From a virus (Duplodnaviria > Caudoviricetes), in the IMG/VR virus record IMGVR_UViG_3300037635_005855, positions 1-24,937 of that record: a stretch of 24,937 bases of DNA. One strand, given 5' to 3'. Positions 1 to 8,346 of this stretch are shown here, one piece after another. The position numbers were made by a program, and so were the translations under genes. Every line of letters begins with the position of its first letter. The stretch's first letter is position 1. The notes beneath the pieces were generated by a model. It saw only the letters and a list, made by a program, of their open reading frames with translations, did no database searches and was not told where the DNA came from.

Positions 1-161
1 TTTATGACACTGTTAGAGGTACAAACAATTGGTTGGCTTCTAACTTGACTGACGAAGCAACAGCTGAATCAGAAACACTGACATCTTTTGATGCAAATGG
101 GTTTACTTTAGGTCAATACGACAATGGGAACTATTCCAATGGCGATACGGCAGTAGCCTGG
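1..161 (+). repeat. Direct repeat A, copy 1 (probably extends left of the window)
   Basis: Matches 5449..5609 with one mismatch (128 g vs 5576 t). Confidence 0.95.
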
Positions 162-1316
162 GCGTGGGACGCTGGATCATCCAACACATCAGTTGCTGCT
201 GGTGGTTTAAATAGCTCGCTGTATGACCAGAGTCAGACGTGGAGTAGCAGTACGTTTTTTAACGCAAATGGAAACGCCTTTTATAGTAGTGGCGGTTCTG
301 CTGCACAGCTTTTTGACAACGTAGAAAGTGGTTCAGGTAGTAGCGGTGACTATCCACTTCCTGTAGATGGCGGAACATTTACTCTCACATTTACTCAGTT
401 TAGTTCTGCGTCTACTGTTACTGTAAAACTTGCCGGGACTGGTAATGCATTAAAAATAAATGGATCTTTTGTTACTATCGACAGCGCTTCTGATTCAACT
501 CAAACGTTTAATGTTAGCGGATTAACTTCTATAGAATGGTTATACAACGGTGGATCTAATTATTGCTACCTGGGATCAATTGCAGTTGATGGAATTAAAT
601 TAATTGATTCAGGAGTATCAGTACCCAACGTCCCATCCATCGCATCAACAGTACGTGCCAACCCAAGTGCTGGGTTCTCGATTGTTAGTTATACAGGTAC
701 AGGTTCAGCAGGAACTGTTGCGCATGGTTTGAATACTGCCCCCTCCTTATTACTTTGCAAAGGACGCCAAGAGACAGGAAGCAATGGCAATTGGTTAGTT
801 TACCACTCTTCTCTAGGCAATACAAAGTATGTCATATTAAATACTACTGCTAGTGAAGCTGCTGATGTTGGCGCTTGGAACAACACGTCGCCAGACTCAA
901 ATACTTTTAGTATAGGAACGTTTACTGGTGCTAACTCAACTAGCGGAAACATTTGTTACGCCTTCTCACCTGTCGAATCGTATAGCAGCTTTGGTAGTTA
1001 TTTAGGCAACGGTTCTGCCGATGGTCCGTTTGTGTTTACCGGGTTCAAGGTTAAGTGGTTAATGATTAAATGTTCTAGCGCTAGCGGTGAAAATTGGATT
1101 ATTTTAGATAGCGCAAGAAATACATATAACGAAGTGGTTGATTTCCTCGAAGCCGATACAAGCGATGCTGAATACTCCTCATCTAACTACGCTGATACAG
1201 ACTTTTTGTCTAATGGTTTTAAGTTAAGAGCTACAAACAATGCTGTTAATGGTAGCAATACCTATGTGTATGCCGCCTTCGCTGAACATCCATTTAAAAC
1301 GGCACGCGCCCGTTAA
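3..1316 (+). CDS. Tail fibre / receptor-binding protein, C-terminal part (5'-truncated by the window edge)
   Basis: The frame is open from base 3 (YDTVRGTNNWLASN...), so the TTG at 33 is not the true start. G/S/T/N-rich; motifs STVRANPSAGFSIVSYTG, DGPFVFTGF, DFLSNGFK, YAAFAEHPFKTARAR; paralogous to 3177..6773. Confidence 0.85.
   Translation, partial: YDTVRGTNNWLASNLTDEATAESETLTSFDANGFTLGQYDNGNYSNGDTAVAWAWDAGSSNTSVAAGGLNSSLYDQSQTWSSSTFFNANGNAFYSSGGSAAQLFDNVESGSGSSGDYPLPVDGGTFTLTFTQFSSASTVTVKLAGTGNALKINGSFVTIDSASDSTQTFNVSGLTSIEWLYNGGSNYCYLGSIAVDGIKLIDSGVSVPNVPSIASTVRANPSAGFSIVSYTGTGSAGTVAHGLNTAPSLLLCKGRQETGSNGNWLVYHSSLGNTKYVILNTTASEAADVGAWNNTSPDSNTFSIGTFTGANSTSGNICYAFSPVESYSSFGSYLGNGSADGPFVFTGFKVKWLMIKCSSASGENWIILDSARNTYNEVVDFLEADTSDAEYSSSNYADTDFLSNGFKLRATNNAVNGSNTYVYAAFAEHPFKTARAR
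632..687 (+). repeat. Direct repeat B, copy 1
   Basis: Matches 6110..6165 with one mismatch (662 c vs 6140 t); encodes PSIASTVRANPSAGFSIV. Confidence 0.95.
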
Positions 1317-1360
1317 ACTCACTTTATCGATCAAGAGTCATGATCTACAAGCTCGGTTAC

Positions 1361-1392
1361 CGCACCCTTTCCGTTCAGCGTGGGCTCAATAG
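1361..1392 (+). pseudogene. Stranded remnant of a tail-fibre 3' end (HPFRSAWAQ*)
   Basis: cgcaccctttccgttcagcgtgggctcaatag matches 6742..6773 (HPFRSARAR*) at 27/32 nt, with the stop at the equivalent position. Confidence 0.75.
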
Positions 1393-1428
1393 CTGCGCCT
1401 AAAAATTTAAGACTAGCCTTAAAAGGCT

Positions 1429-1437
1429 TATACTTAA
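1429..1437 (+). promoter_or_regulatory. Putative -10 box TATACT-TAA
   Basis: Intergenic, hexamer ends 24 nt before the GTG at 1459; the same 9-mer occurs at 2457..2465. Confidence 0.5.
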
Positions 1438-1458
1438 GCTACCGTACCTCTGACTGCT

Positions 1459-1956
1459 GTGTACATTCTCGACGGCAAACCACTATCCCTTGATGTACCG
1501 TTTAGTCACGGTGGCACTCTTTATCCTGCTAATTGGCTAAGACTTTCATCTCTGCAAGATCGAAACGCTATTGGTATTACGGAGCAAGCGGGACCCCAAC
1601 CTTACGACCAAAGGTTCTACTGGGGATGGTCAGCTAGTGGAACTTTAATACCTAAAGATCACACAGGACTAGTCACCTTGTGGACAAGCAACACGAAGAA
1701 CACTGCAAACACTCTGTTGGCACCTACAGACTGGATGCTTATTCGTGAATACGATAACGGAACACCTGTAGAAAGTGGGGCACGAGCTTGGCGTCAAGAT
1801 GTTCGACTTGCTTCTGAAAGTAAAGTTACCTCGTTAGGTCTTACGACAAGTACTTCGGGCTTAGCTGATTACGTAACTTATACGAGCCCCTCTGGCGGAT
1901 CTCCTTCCGATTACAACTACTGGCCTAAGCAAAATAACGAGGATGCTTCGTTATGA
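1459..1956 (+). CDS. Tail fibre-associated (assembly/chaperone-like) protein
   Basis: Motifs YPANWLRLSS, YDQRFYWG, LLAPTDW and WRQDVR are typical of genes that follow such fibre genes in marine phages. Confidence 0.7.
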   Translation: MYILDGKPLSLDVPFSHGGTLYPANWLRLSSLQDRNAIGITEQAGPQPYDQRFYWGWSASGTLIPKDHTGLVTLWTSNTKNTANTLLAPTDWMLIREYDNGTPVESGARAWRQDVRLASESKVTSLGLTTSTSGLADYVTYTSPSGGSPSDYNYWPKQNNEDASL

Positions 1957-2453
1957 CAAATAGAGCTATTTTTAATCGCAGGTTTACTTCATTTACCTCT
2001 GACGGTACTCAAGTTTGGCTTGTAAACGGTTCTTCAGTAACGACTTCTCCAGTAACGACTGTAGATTTTATTGCTGGTCAGAACCTTATTCAAGGAGAAA
2101 CTGTTTTTGTCAGCGGCACTGTCGTTTTAGCTGCAACAGCTGCTAGTGGAATTGATCCTACAAACTACAACGCGATAGGTATTACTTCTGAAGCTGCTTC
2201 AGTCTCAGATTCTGTAAGAGTTATTTTGGATGATGTTGCTGTTCTTTCTTCAGCAAATTTAATTAATGAGACGGCTTTGACTCCAGGTCAGTACTACTAC
2301 GTTTCAAATGAAGCGGGTAAGTTGACGGCTGCAGCTGCTCCCTCCGGTATTACTCTTACTGATGGATACGCTGCTTTAGCTCCCGTAGGGATAGCTCTTA
2401 CTTCGTCTGAATTAAGCGTTGAAATTGCACCTGTTACTGTCTTAACTGAATAG
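1953..2453 (+). CDS. Virion structural / decoration-like protein
   Basis: ATGA overlap with the upstream gene; beta-rich pattern (AGQNLIQGETVFV, LTPGQYYYVS, VGIALTSSEL). Confidence 0.6.
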   Translation: MTNRAIFNRRFTSFTSDGTQVWLVNGSSVTTSPVTTVDFIAGQNLIQGETVFVSGTVVLAATAASGIDPTNYNAIGITSEAASVSDSVRVILDDVAVLSSANLINETALTPGQYYYVSNEAGKLTAAAAPSGITLTDGYAALAPVGIALTSSELSVEIAPVTVLTE

Positions 2454-2456
2454 GGC

Positions 2457-2465
2457 TATACTTAA
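2457..2465 (+). promoter_or_regulatory. Putative -10 box TATACT-TAA
   Basis: Intergenic, hexamer ends 21 nt before the ATG at 2484; a GGGAG Shine-Dalgarno-like sequence follows. Confidence 0.5.
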
Positions 2466-2483
2466 CTTAAGGGAGATTTTTAA

Positions 2484-3155
2484 ATGGCTGCACGTCGCCC
2501 ACTTGTTGTTGTTAGCGGACTTTTTTCTGAACTACCTCAAGGTGATTCGATTGTAGGTTCGTCAGCTGGAAGCTTAGTTGCTGGTAGTGGCCTAGATGGC
2601 GGTGGGTCATTAGATGGCTCTACTAGACGTTTTGATGTTGAACTTGCTGCTGCTCCAAGCGGATTAATTTTTGTAGGTACAGGAGATAGTGCAAAACTAG
2701 GTCTTGACGGAGCAGCTTCAGCAGGGGCAACTCAAGCGTTAGCTTCTGGTAATGCTGCTCTTACTGACTTAAGCTCAAAAGTATCTAAAGGCGGTGATGT
2801 TGTTAGTGGAACTCTAGTAGTTGAGTCGCAGTCTTATGGAACTATCAGTACCTTTACAGGATCTGGTGTTATAACTTTAGATTTTGGAGCTAGTAATAAC
2901 CATGTAGTTACTCTTCAAGGTAACTCAACTTTAGGAGCACCTACATCTCCAAGTGGAGGTCAAGCAGGTGCGGTGACTATCAATCAAGACGGGACAGGCT
3001 CACGTACTCTCGCTTACTCAGGTGGGTGGTCTTTTGCGGGAGGAACAGCACCGACGCTAACAACTACGGCAAGCGGTTCTGATCTTTTAATTTATTACTG
3101 TTCTAGTTCTTCAGTTATTACTGCATCCACAATTTTGGATGTACAAAGCGCTTAA
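2484..3155 (+). CDS. Short tail fibre / adaptor protein
   Basis: G/S/A/T-rich. The C-terminal TLDF...VTLQGNSTLGAP...QDGTGSRTL...FAGGTAPTLT domain commonly precedes LamG fibre genes. Confidence 0.7.
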   Translation: MAARRPLVVVSGLFSELPQGDSIVGSSAGSLVAGSGLDGGGSLDGSTRRFDVELAAAPSGLIFVGTGDSAKLGLDGAASAGATQALASGNAALTDLSSKVSKGGDVVSGTLVVESQSYGTISTFTGSGVITLDFGASNNHVVTLQGNSTLGAPTSPSGGQAGAVTINQDGTGSRTLAYSGGWSFAGGTAPTLTTTASGSDLLIYYCSSSSVITASTILDVQSA

Positions 3156-3176
3156 TAATTAAAACAGGAGAGTCAC

Positions 3177-6100
3177 ATGTCAGTACCAGGATCTATCAAT
3201 CAACTATTAATAGGAGCTGCTGGAGCTGGTGACGGCAACGAAAAAAAGCGTTCCTTAAGGTTTGCTAGAGGCGACAGCCCTTATTTAAGTCGCCAAGCAT
3301 CAGATAGCGGCTCTAATGTTTACAAGTGTACCCTTTCTTGGTGGATGAAAGTTGGTGAGCTGGGAACCGATAGAACAATTTTAAGCTTTGGGACAAATAA
3401 TGCTATTGATGGATGGTTTAAAGTTAATCTAGAGTCTTCATCTCATAGCGATAAAATTCGTTTATTCGGCGACACTACAGGAGGATATTTATCAGCTAGA
3501 ACATCACGGCTTTTCAGAGATCCCAGCGCATTTTATCATTGCGTTATTAGTATAGATACGACACAGAGTGCATTTTCCGATCAAATAAAATGGTATGTTA
3601 ATGGCGAACTTCTTTCACAGTTTGATCAAAACAATCCTTTTCCTCAAAATACTCCATTACTGATAGGTGAATCTACAATTCATCATGTAGGCGCTGAGCC
3701 TAACTCTGTAGGCGACGTACGTAATTATTTTGATGGTTACTTGGCTGACGTGCATGTAATTGAAGGTCAAGCCCTAGCTGCAACTGATTTTGGAGAATTT
3801 GATTCAAATTCTGTATGGCAACCAAAGGCTTTTGAAGGGACATATGGTACTAATGGTTTCAAACTTAATTTCTCGGATATAAGTTCTGACTCGGCGCTAG
3901 GGACTGACAGTAGTGGTAATCAGAATAATTTTACAGTTAATAACTTAACGGCTGGAACGGAGCAAACACTTCCTGGCGTTAATTTTGATGGTACGAGTAA
4001 CGCTGCTTATTTAACTATTCCTGATAGTTCAGATTTTACGTTAGGTAGCAACGATTTTACTGTTGAGGCTTACGTTTATAAAAGAGACACAAGTGAGCAA
4101 TTTATTGCAGGTTCTGCTGATTCCAGCGGCTCTACAAGCTCTACTTCTTTTGCCTTACAAGTTGGGGGAGGGTCGCCGTCTTCTAGTATTAGAGCTTATG
4201 TTGGAACCACAGGAACGTCTGTGGATTCGGGCGAAAACATAACGCTTAACAAGTGGGTTCACGTTGCTTTTGTTAGAGACGGAAATACTTTAAGGCTTTA
4301 CGTTGACGGAGTACAAAAGAACTCAACTTCGTTTACCGGTTCAGTCAACGATTCGTCTGATCTTTTTGGAATTTCTTCGTTAGGTGGTTTTACCAACGGT
4401 AAAAATTGGAATGGGGTTATTTCTAATTTACGTTTAGTCAACGGAACTTGCCTATACCCAAGTGGCACAACGTTTGCGTTACCGTCCACTCCACTAACCA
4501 ACGTTACAAACACAAAGCTGCTTTGTTGCCAGTCATCTAGCAGCGCAACTGCAACCACTGTTTCCCCCGGTTCAATTACTGTTGGCAACGCTTCTAACGT
4601 AGCTGCTGTCGAGTTAAATGATTCAAGCTCTGCCGATGACGCCCTCCGTGACTCCCCAGCACAAATAGCAGAGCAGATAGATACTGGTGTTGGCGGTGAG
4701 GTTGTGGGGAACTATGCGACCTGGAACCCTTTATTTGGCGAAAATCAGTCTTTATCTAACGGCAATCTAAAGGCCGCAAGCAGTACAACGGCCTACTCAA
4801 TTATTGCGTCAACTTTAGCGATGAAAAGCGGCAAGTGGTATATGGAATATACCTATACGCCCAACAATGGTCAGCCGTACATCACTTGGGGGATTAGTCA
4901 AACTAACAGAGATGGATCACAGGGCAGCGGTGTAACTGATACTCCTGAAGACAAAGGATTCAAAGCCTGGGATTCTGGGTTTTACTCACAAAGCGATGGC
5001 TCAAATATTTATGACTACAGTTCCTCGGTATCTTCTGGTGATATTATTTCTTTAGCATTTGATGCTGACGCTGGCAAGCTTTGGGTTGCCAAAAACGGAA
5101 CATACATGACAAACGCCAGTGGTGCTGGCAACCCTACCGCCGGTACTAATCCTGATTATTCAGGTTTAGATTATTCAGGCGGTTATTACTTTATGGCCGG
5201 TCCATATTACACAAACGGATCAACACTTGAGGCAAACTTTGGCCAACGTAGTTGGGCCTTTGCTGCACCTACTAATTTTAAAGCGTTATGCACCGCAAAC
5301 CTACCTGAACCAACGATTGCAGATGGTAGTAAGCATGTTATTGCAAAGTTATTTACGGGCAACGCTAGTACGCAAAGCATTACTGGTTTGAATTTTAGCC
5401 CTTCATTCGTTTGGACAAAATCAAGGAGCCTAAGTTATTCTCATAGACTTTATGACACTGTTAGAGGTACAAACAATTGGTTGGCTTCTAACTTGACTGA
5501 CGAAGCAACAGCTGAATCAGAAACACTGACATCTTTTGATGCAAATGGGTTTACTTTAGGTCAATACGACAATGGTAACTATTCCAATGGCGATACGGCA
5601 GTAGCCTGGACGTGGAACGGAGGGACTTCCAACACAACAGTTGCTGTTGGCGACTTAAATACCTCCGTGTATTACATGAGTGAAGTATGGAGCGAAGATC
5701 TTTATACCGCTGATGCACCTGCTGACGCACCAACAGTTACAACAAAAAGTTTTCTTTCAGGTTATCCAGCGACACTACCCTTTAACGGTGATACCAGCAG
5801 AGGATCAAACGAAACATATGCAGCAGATTCTCTAAAAACAATTGTTTTTAGACCTGATACCGCATTAACTGACGTAACTAAACTTGAAATTTATACCAAC
5901 GGTACTTATACAACAGACGCTGGATATAACAGCGCCACGTCTGTAATTACTGGTAATACGGCTACTGGTTGGCAAACTCTTTACGAAGGCACTGCTATTA
6001 CTCTTAATTATGTTTGGGCTTATAAAAATAATGGCCAGGGTGCTTTCAGTGGATTAAAAATTAACGGACGTATGCTCACTGACTCTGATGCCACACCGCC

Positions 6101-6773
6101 AATAAGTTACCCATCCATCGCATCAACAGTACGTGCCAATCCAAGTGCTGGGTTCTCGATTGTTAAGTGGACAGGTACTGGGTCAGCAGCAACCGTTGCG
6201 CATGGTATTGCTGCACCTAAATTTATTATTACGAAGTCACTAGCTAATACAACAAACTGGGTAGTAGGTCACGAAGGTATTACATGGAATAATTTTATGT
6301 TTTTAGATACGGCTGATGCACAAGGAGCTAGTGCTGCTGTATGGAATAACACAGCTCCTGATTCCAATGTATTTTCAGTAGCATCGAGTTCTTATATTAA
6401 TCCAGCTGGTAGCGATGTAATCGGATACTGCTTCTGCCCCGTGGAAGGATATAGCGTTTTTGGTAGTTATGAAGGGAACGGTTTGGCAGATGGTCCGTTT
6501 ATTTATACTGGCTTTAAAATAGAATTTTTAATTATTAAATCTGCAGATACAGCTCAATATTGGTATCTGGCCGACAGTGCTAGATCTCCATTCAATGATG
6601 GTCTTACTGAAGGTTTATGGGCTAATACGGCTGATTCTGAATTTTCATACGATGTAGATTTTCTTTCTAATGGGTTTAAACACTATAATCAAAGTGCAAA
6701 TTTAAACACAACGGATACATTTATATATGCCGCTTTTGCTTCGCATCCTTTCCGTTCAGCGCGGGCTCGATGA
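3177..6773 (+). CDS. Large tail fibre / receptor-binding protein (two LamG/concanavalin-like domains, SPRY-like domain, conserved C-terminal module)
   Basis: 1198 aa; LFRDPSAFYH..FDGYLADVH; DFTVEAYVY..WVHVAFVR..LYVDG; SGKWYMEY..LAFDADAGKLW; ends YAAFASHPFRSARAR. Confidence 0.88.
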   Translation: MSVPGSINQLLIGAAGAGDGNEKKRSLRFARGDSPYLSRQASDSGSNVYKCTLSWWMKVGELGTDRTILSFGTNNAIDGWFKVNLESSSHSDKIRLFGDTTGGYLSARTSRLFRDPSAFYHCVISIDTTQSAFSDQIKWYVNGELLSQFDQNNPFPQNTPLLIGESTIHHVGAEPNSVGDVRNYFDGYLADVHVIEGQALAATDFGEFDSNSVWQPKAFEGTYGTNGFKLNFSDISSDSALGTDSSGNQNNFTVNNLTAGTEQTLPGVNFDGTSNAAYLTIPDSSDFTLGSNDFTVEAYVYKRDTSEQFIAGSADSSGSTSSTSFALQVGGGSPSSSIRAYVGTTGTSVDSGENITLNKWVHVAFVRDGNTLRLYVDGVQKNSTSFTGSVNDSSDLFGISSLGGFTNGKNWNGVISNLRLVNGTCLYPSGTTFALPSTPLTNVTNTKLLCCQSSSSATATTVSPGSITVGNASNVAAVELNDSSSADDALRDSPAQIAEQIDTGVGGEVVGNYATWNPLFGENQSLSNGNLKAASSTTAYSIIASTLAMKSGKWYMEYTYTPNNGQPYITWGISQTNRDGSQGSGVTDTPEDKGFKAWDSGFYSQSDGSNIYDYSSSVSSGDIISLAFDADAGKLWVAKNGTYMTNASGAGNPTAGTNPDYSGLDYSGGYYFMAGPYYTNGSTLEANFGQRSWAFAAPTNFKALCTANLPEPTIADGSKHVIAKLFTGNASTQSITGLNFSPSFVWTKSRSLSYSHRLYDTVRGTNNWLASNLTDEATAESETLTSFDANGFTLGQYDNGNYSNGDTAVAWTWNGGTSNTTVAVGDLNTSVYYMSEVWSEDLYTADAPADAPTVTTKSFLSGYPATLPFNGDTSRGSNETYAADSLKTIVFRPDTALTDVTKLEIYTNGTYTTDAGYNSATSVITGNTATGWQTLYEGTAITLNYVWAYKNNGQGAFSGLKINGRMLTDSDATPPISYPSIASTVRANPSAGFSIVKWTGTGSAATVAHGIAAPKFIITKSLANTTNWVVGHEGITWNNFMFLDTADAQGASAAVWNNTAPDSNVFSVASSSYINPAGSDVIGYCFCPVEGYSVFGSYEGNGLADGPFIYTGFKIEFLIIKSADTAQYWYLADSARSPFNDGLTEGLWANTADSEFSYDVDFLSNGFKHYNQSANLNTTDTFIYAAFASHPFRSARAR
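5449..5609 (+). repeat. Direct repeat A, copy 2
   Basis: 160/161 nt identical to 1..161. Confidence 0.95.
6110..6165 (+). repeat. Direct repeat B, copy 2
   Basis: 55/56 nt identical to 632..687. Confidence 0.95.
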
Positions 6774-6807
6774 TTACCTGTAAAATATAAATAGGCGAGC
6801 ATTTTAT

Positions 6808-7188
6808 GTGAGCGAAAACGAGCTGGTTTTTAACCTAAGTTGTCTTCAAAAAAAATCTGCTCGAAAAAAATTTAGACGAAATATCCTTGACGCTTGGCCT
6901 GAATGTGCTTATTGCGGGTCTAGTGACCCTATGACCTTAGATCACGTGATTGCTCGCTCACGTGGAGGAAAACACACTCAAAACAACTTGATCGGAGCGT
7001 GTGCAGACTGTAACTTTTTAAAAACTGACTTACCTTGGTTTGAGTGGTATCGGGCGCAAGAGTTTTGGACTCCAGAAAGAGAGCAGAAAATTTTAAATTG
7101 GGTTAACGAACCAGCGCATCAACCTTATACACCTTCTTATTACAGCTGGTTAGGCGAAGGACAATCTTTTAGGTTAAATACCGCTTAG
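6808..7188 (+). CDS. HNH endonuclease
   Basis: CAYCG...TLDHVIARSRGG...NNLIGACADCN; TAAAAT at 6781..6786 upstream. Confidence 0.9.
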   Translation: MSENELVFNLSCLQKKSARKKFRRNILDAWPECAYCGSSDPMTLDHVIARSRGGKHTQNNLIGACADCNFLKTDLPWFEWYRAQEFWTPEREQKILNWVNEPAHQPYTPSYYSWLGEGQSFRLNTA

Positions 7189-7189
7189 G

Positions 7190-7366
7190 TCAGCGTTGCT
7201 TTACGTTTGGGTGAATGATACCAGCGAGTTTCTCTACAATTTTGTAGACCTTGCCATAAATTTCGTTATCCTTTGGAGTCGGCGTGGCATTAACAACCGC
7301 TAGTGCGAGTATGTGTAGTGCTCCAAGCACAGCAACGATTTCGGACCAGTTGTCAGTGAACGACAT
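7190..7366 (-). CDS. Small membrane protein, holin-like (58 aa; not in the ORF track)
   Basis: MSFTDNWSEIVAVLGALHILALAVVNATPTPKDNEIYGKVYKIVEKLAGIIHPNVKQR: one transmembrane helix, TPTPKD motif, amphipathic basic tail. Confidence 0.75.
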   Translation of the reverse strand: MSFTDNWSEIVAVLGALHILALAVVNATPTPKDNEIYGKVYKIVEKLAGIIHPNVKQR

Positions 7367-7389
7367 TTGATTGTAAATAAGATAAAATT

Positions 7390-7395
7390 AGTCTA
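7390..7395 (-). promoter_or_regulatory. Putative -10 box TAGACT
   Basis: CTAGACTAA on the - strand, 23 nt before the ATG at 7366; the motif recurs elsewhere in the window. Confidence 0.45.
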
Positions 7396-7410
7396 GCTCG
7401 AAAGTTTCAG

Positions 7411-7671
7411 ATGCCGGATATTTTAGACGACGCGGTTAAGTCAATTATGAAAAAAGATCCTGGTATGTCGAAAGACTCTGCTTATGGTATTGCAGTTTCT
7501 ACTCTTCAAAAGTCTGGAGATCTTAAGAAGGGGACGTATGAGTCCACAGAGAAAGGCAAGCGTCGAGCTGAGATGAGTAAGGCTACTCGTGCCAAAACAC
7601 GTGCAAAAAAATACAAAACAGAACGTAGAATGAATCGTAAAGAAGAAAGAAACACTTCAGGTGGGAACTAA
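7411..7671 (+). CDS. Small basic hypothetical phage protein
   Basis: 86 aa, K/R-rich; MPDILDDAVKSI...SAYGIAVSTLQKSG; TAATG overlap with the next gene. Confidence 0.75.
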   Translation: MPDILDDAVKSIMKKDPGMSKDSAYGIAVSTLQKSGDLKKGTYESTEKGKRRAEMSKATRAKTRAKKYKTERRMNRKEERNTSGGN

Positions 7672-7892
7672 TGGCTGAAACAGCTAAAAAAAGAGACCCC
7701 GCAAAGTGGGCAAGAGCTAAAGCTAAGGCACGTAAAAAAATGGGAGGGCACAGTGCTCGTGCAATGCAGTTAGCTACAAAATATTACAAGGATGCGGGGG
7801 GTACGTATTCAGGTAAAAAATCCTCAAAAAATAAATTGTCTAAGTGGTCAAAAGAAGACTGGCAGACAAAGGAGGAATATGAAAAGAAATAA
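7671..7892 (+). CDS. Basic protein resembling the N-terminal half of the DUF5872 family
   Basis: HSARAMQLATKYYKDAGGTYSGKK...LSKWSKEDWQTK resembles the WSARKAQL..YEK.GGGY...KW..EDWQTK pattern (recalled). Confidence 0.7.
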   Translation: MAETAKKRDPAKWARAKAKARKKMGGHSARAMQLATKYYKDAGGTYSGKKSSKNKLSKWSKEDWQTKEEYEKK

Positions 7893-8346
7893 AAGTGAGC
7901 TTCTGCTTGAGAAAAAAATTACAGAGGTGAATAGTAAGTGCCCTCTGGCGACTGTTGATATTGAAGAAAATATTAAAAATAGAGATTGGACTATAGAAAA
8001 CTACGGGTATGGTCCTTTAAATCCTGCTGTCCCAGATCCTGGTTTTTGGGAAGAAAAAGCAGAGCTTTGGAACACGAATTTGGAAACAGTAAAAACAGCT
8101 AGGTGCGGTAACTGCGCCGCGTTTGATCAATCTGATGTAATCCTCGGTTGTATTGAGAAAGGGATTAATGAGACAAACGTTGCTGACCCTAGAGAGGTTA
8201 TGGAGCTTTCCAATTTAGGTTACTGTCAGTTATTTAAATTCAAGTGTGCAGGAGCTAGAACCTGCGACGCATGGCTTTTTGGGGGTCCAATTCGTGCCCA
8301 ACAAAAAGAAGTAACACCTGAAACTGGTGGTGGTTATGGCCGATAA
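7879..8346 (+). CDS. Cys-rich protein with a HiPIP-like (4Fe-4S) cysteine pattern
   Basis: Start is more likely the ATG at 7879 (AAGGAGG just upstream) than 7792; RCGNCAAF...GYCQLF...TCDAW. Confidence 0.65.
   Translation: MKRNKSELLLEKKITEVNSKCPLATVDIEENIKNRDWTIENYGYGPLNPAVPDPGFWEEKAELWNTNLETVKTARCGNCAAFDQSDVILGCIEKGINETNVADPREVMELSNLGYCQLFKFKCAGARTCDAWLFGGPIRAQQKEVTPETGGGYGR

Noticed and set aside
1459-3155. Frequent Ser-Gly dipeptides in structural proteins as possible glycosylation sites
   Set aside because: In the 223-aa protein SG (9) and GS (8) counts are about equal, so composition largely explains it; no glycosyltransferase is in the window.
1-6773. Diversity-generating retroelement explanation for the fibre repeats
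   Set aside because: No reverse transcriptase in the window; mismatches between copies (g/t, c/t, t/c) are not adenine-specific, and both long copies are coding.
1-6773. Invertase-driven shufflon
   Set aside because: The repeats are direct rather than inverted, and no site-specific recombinase is visible.
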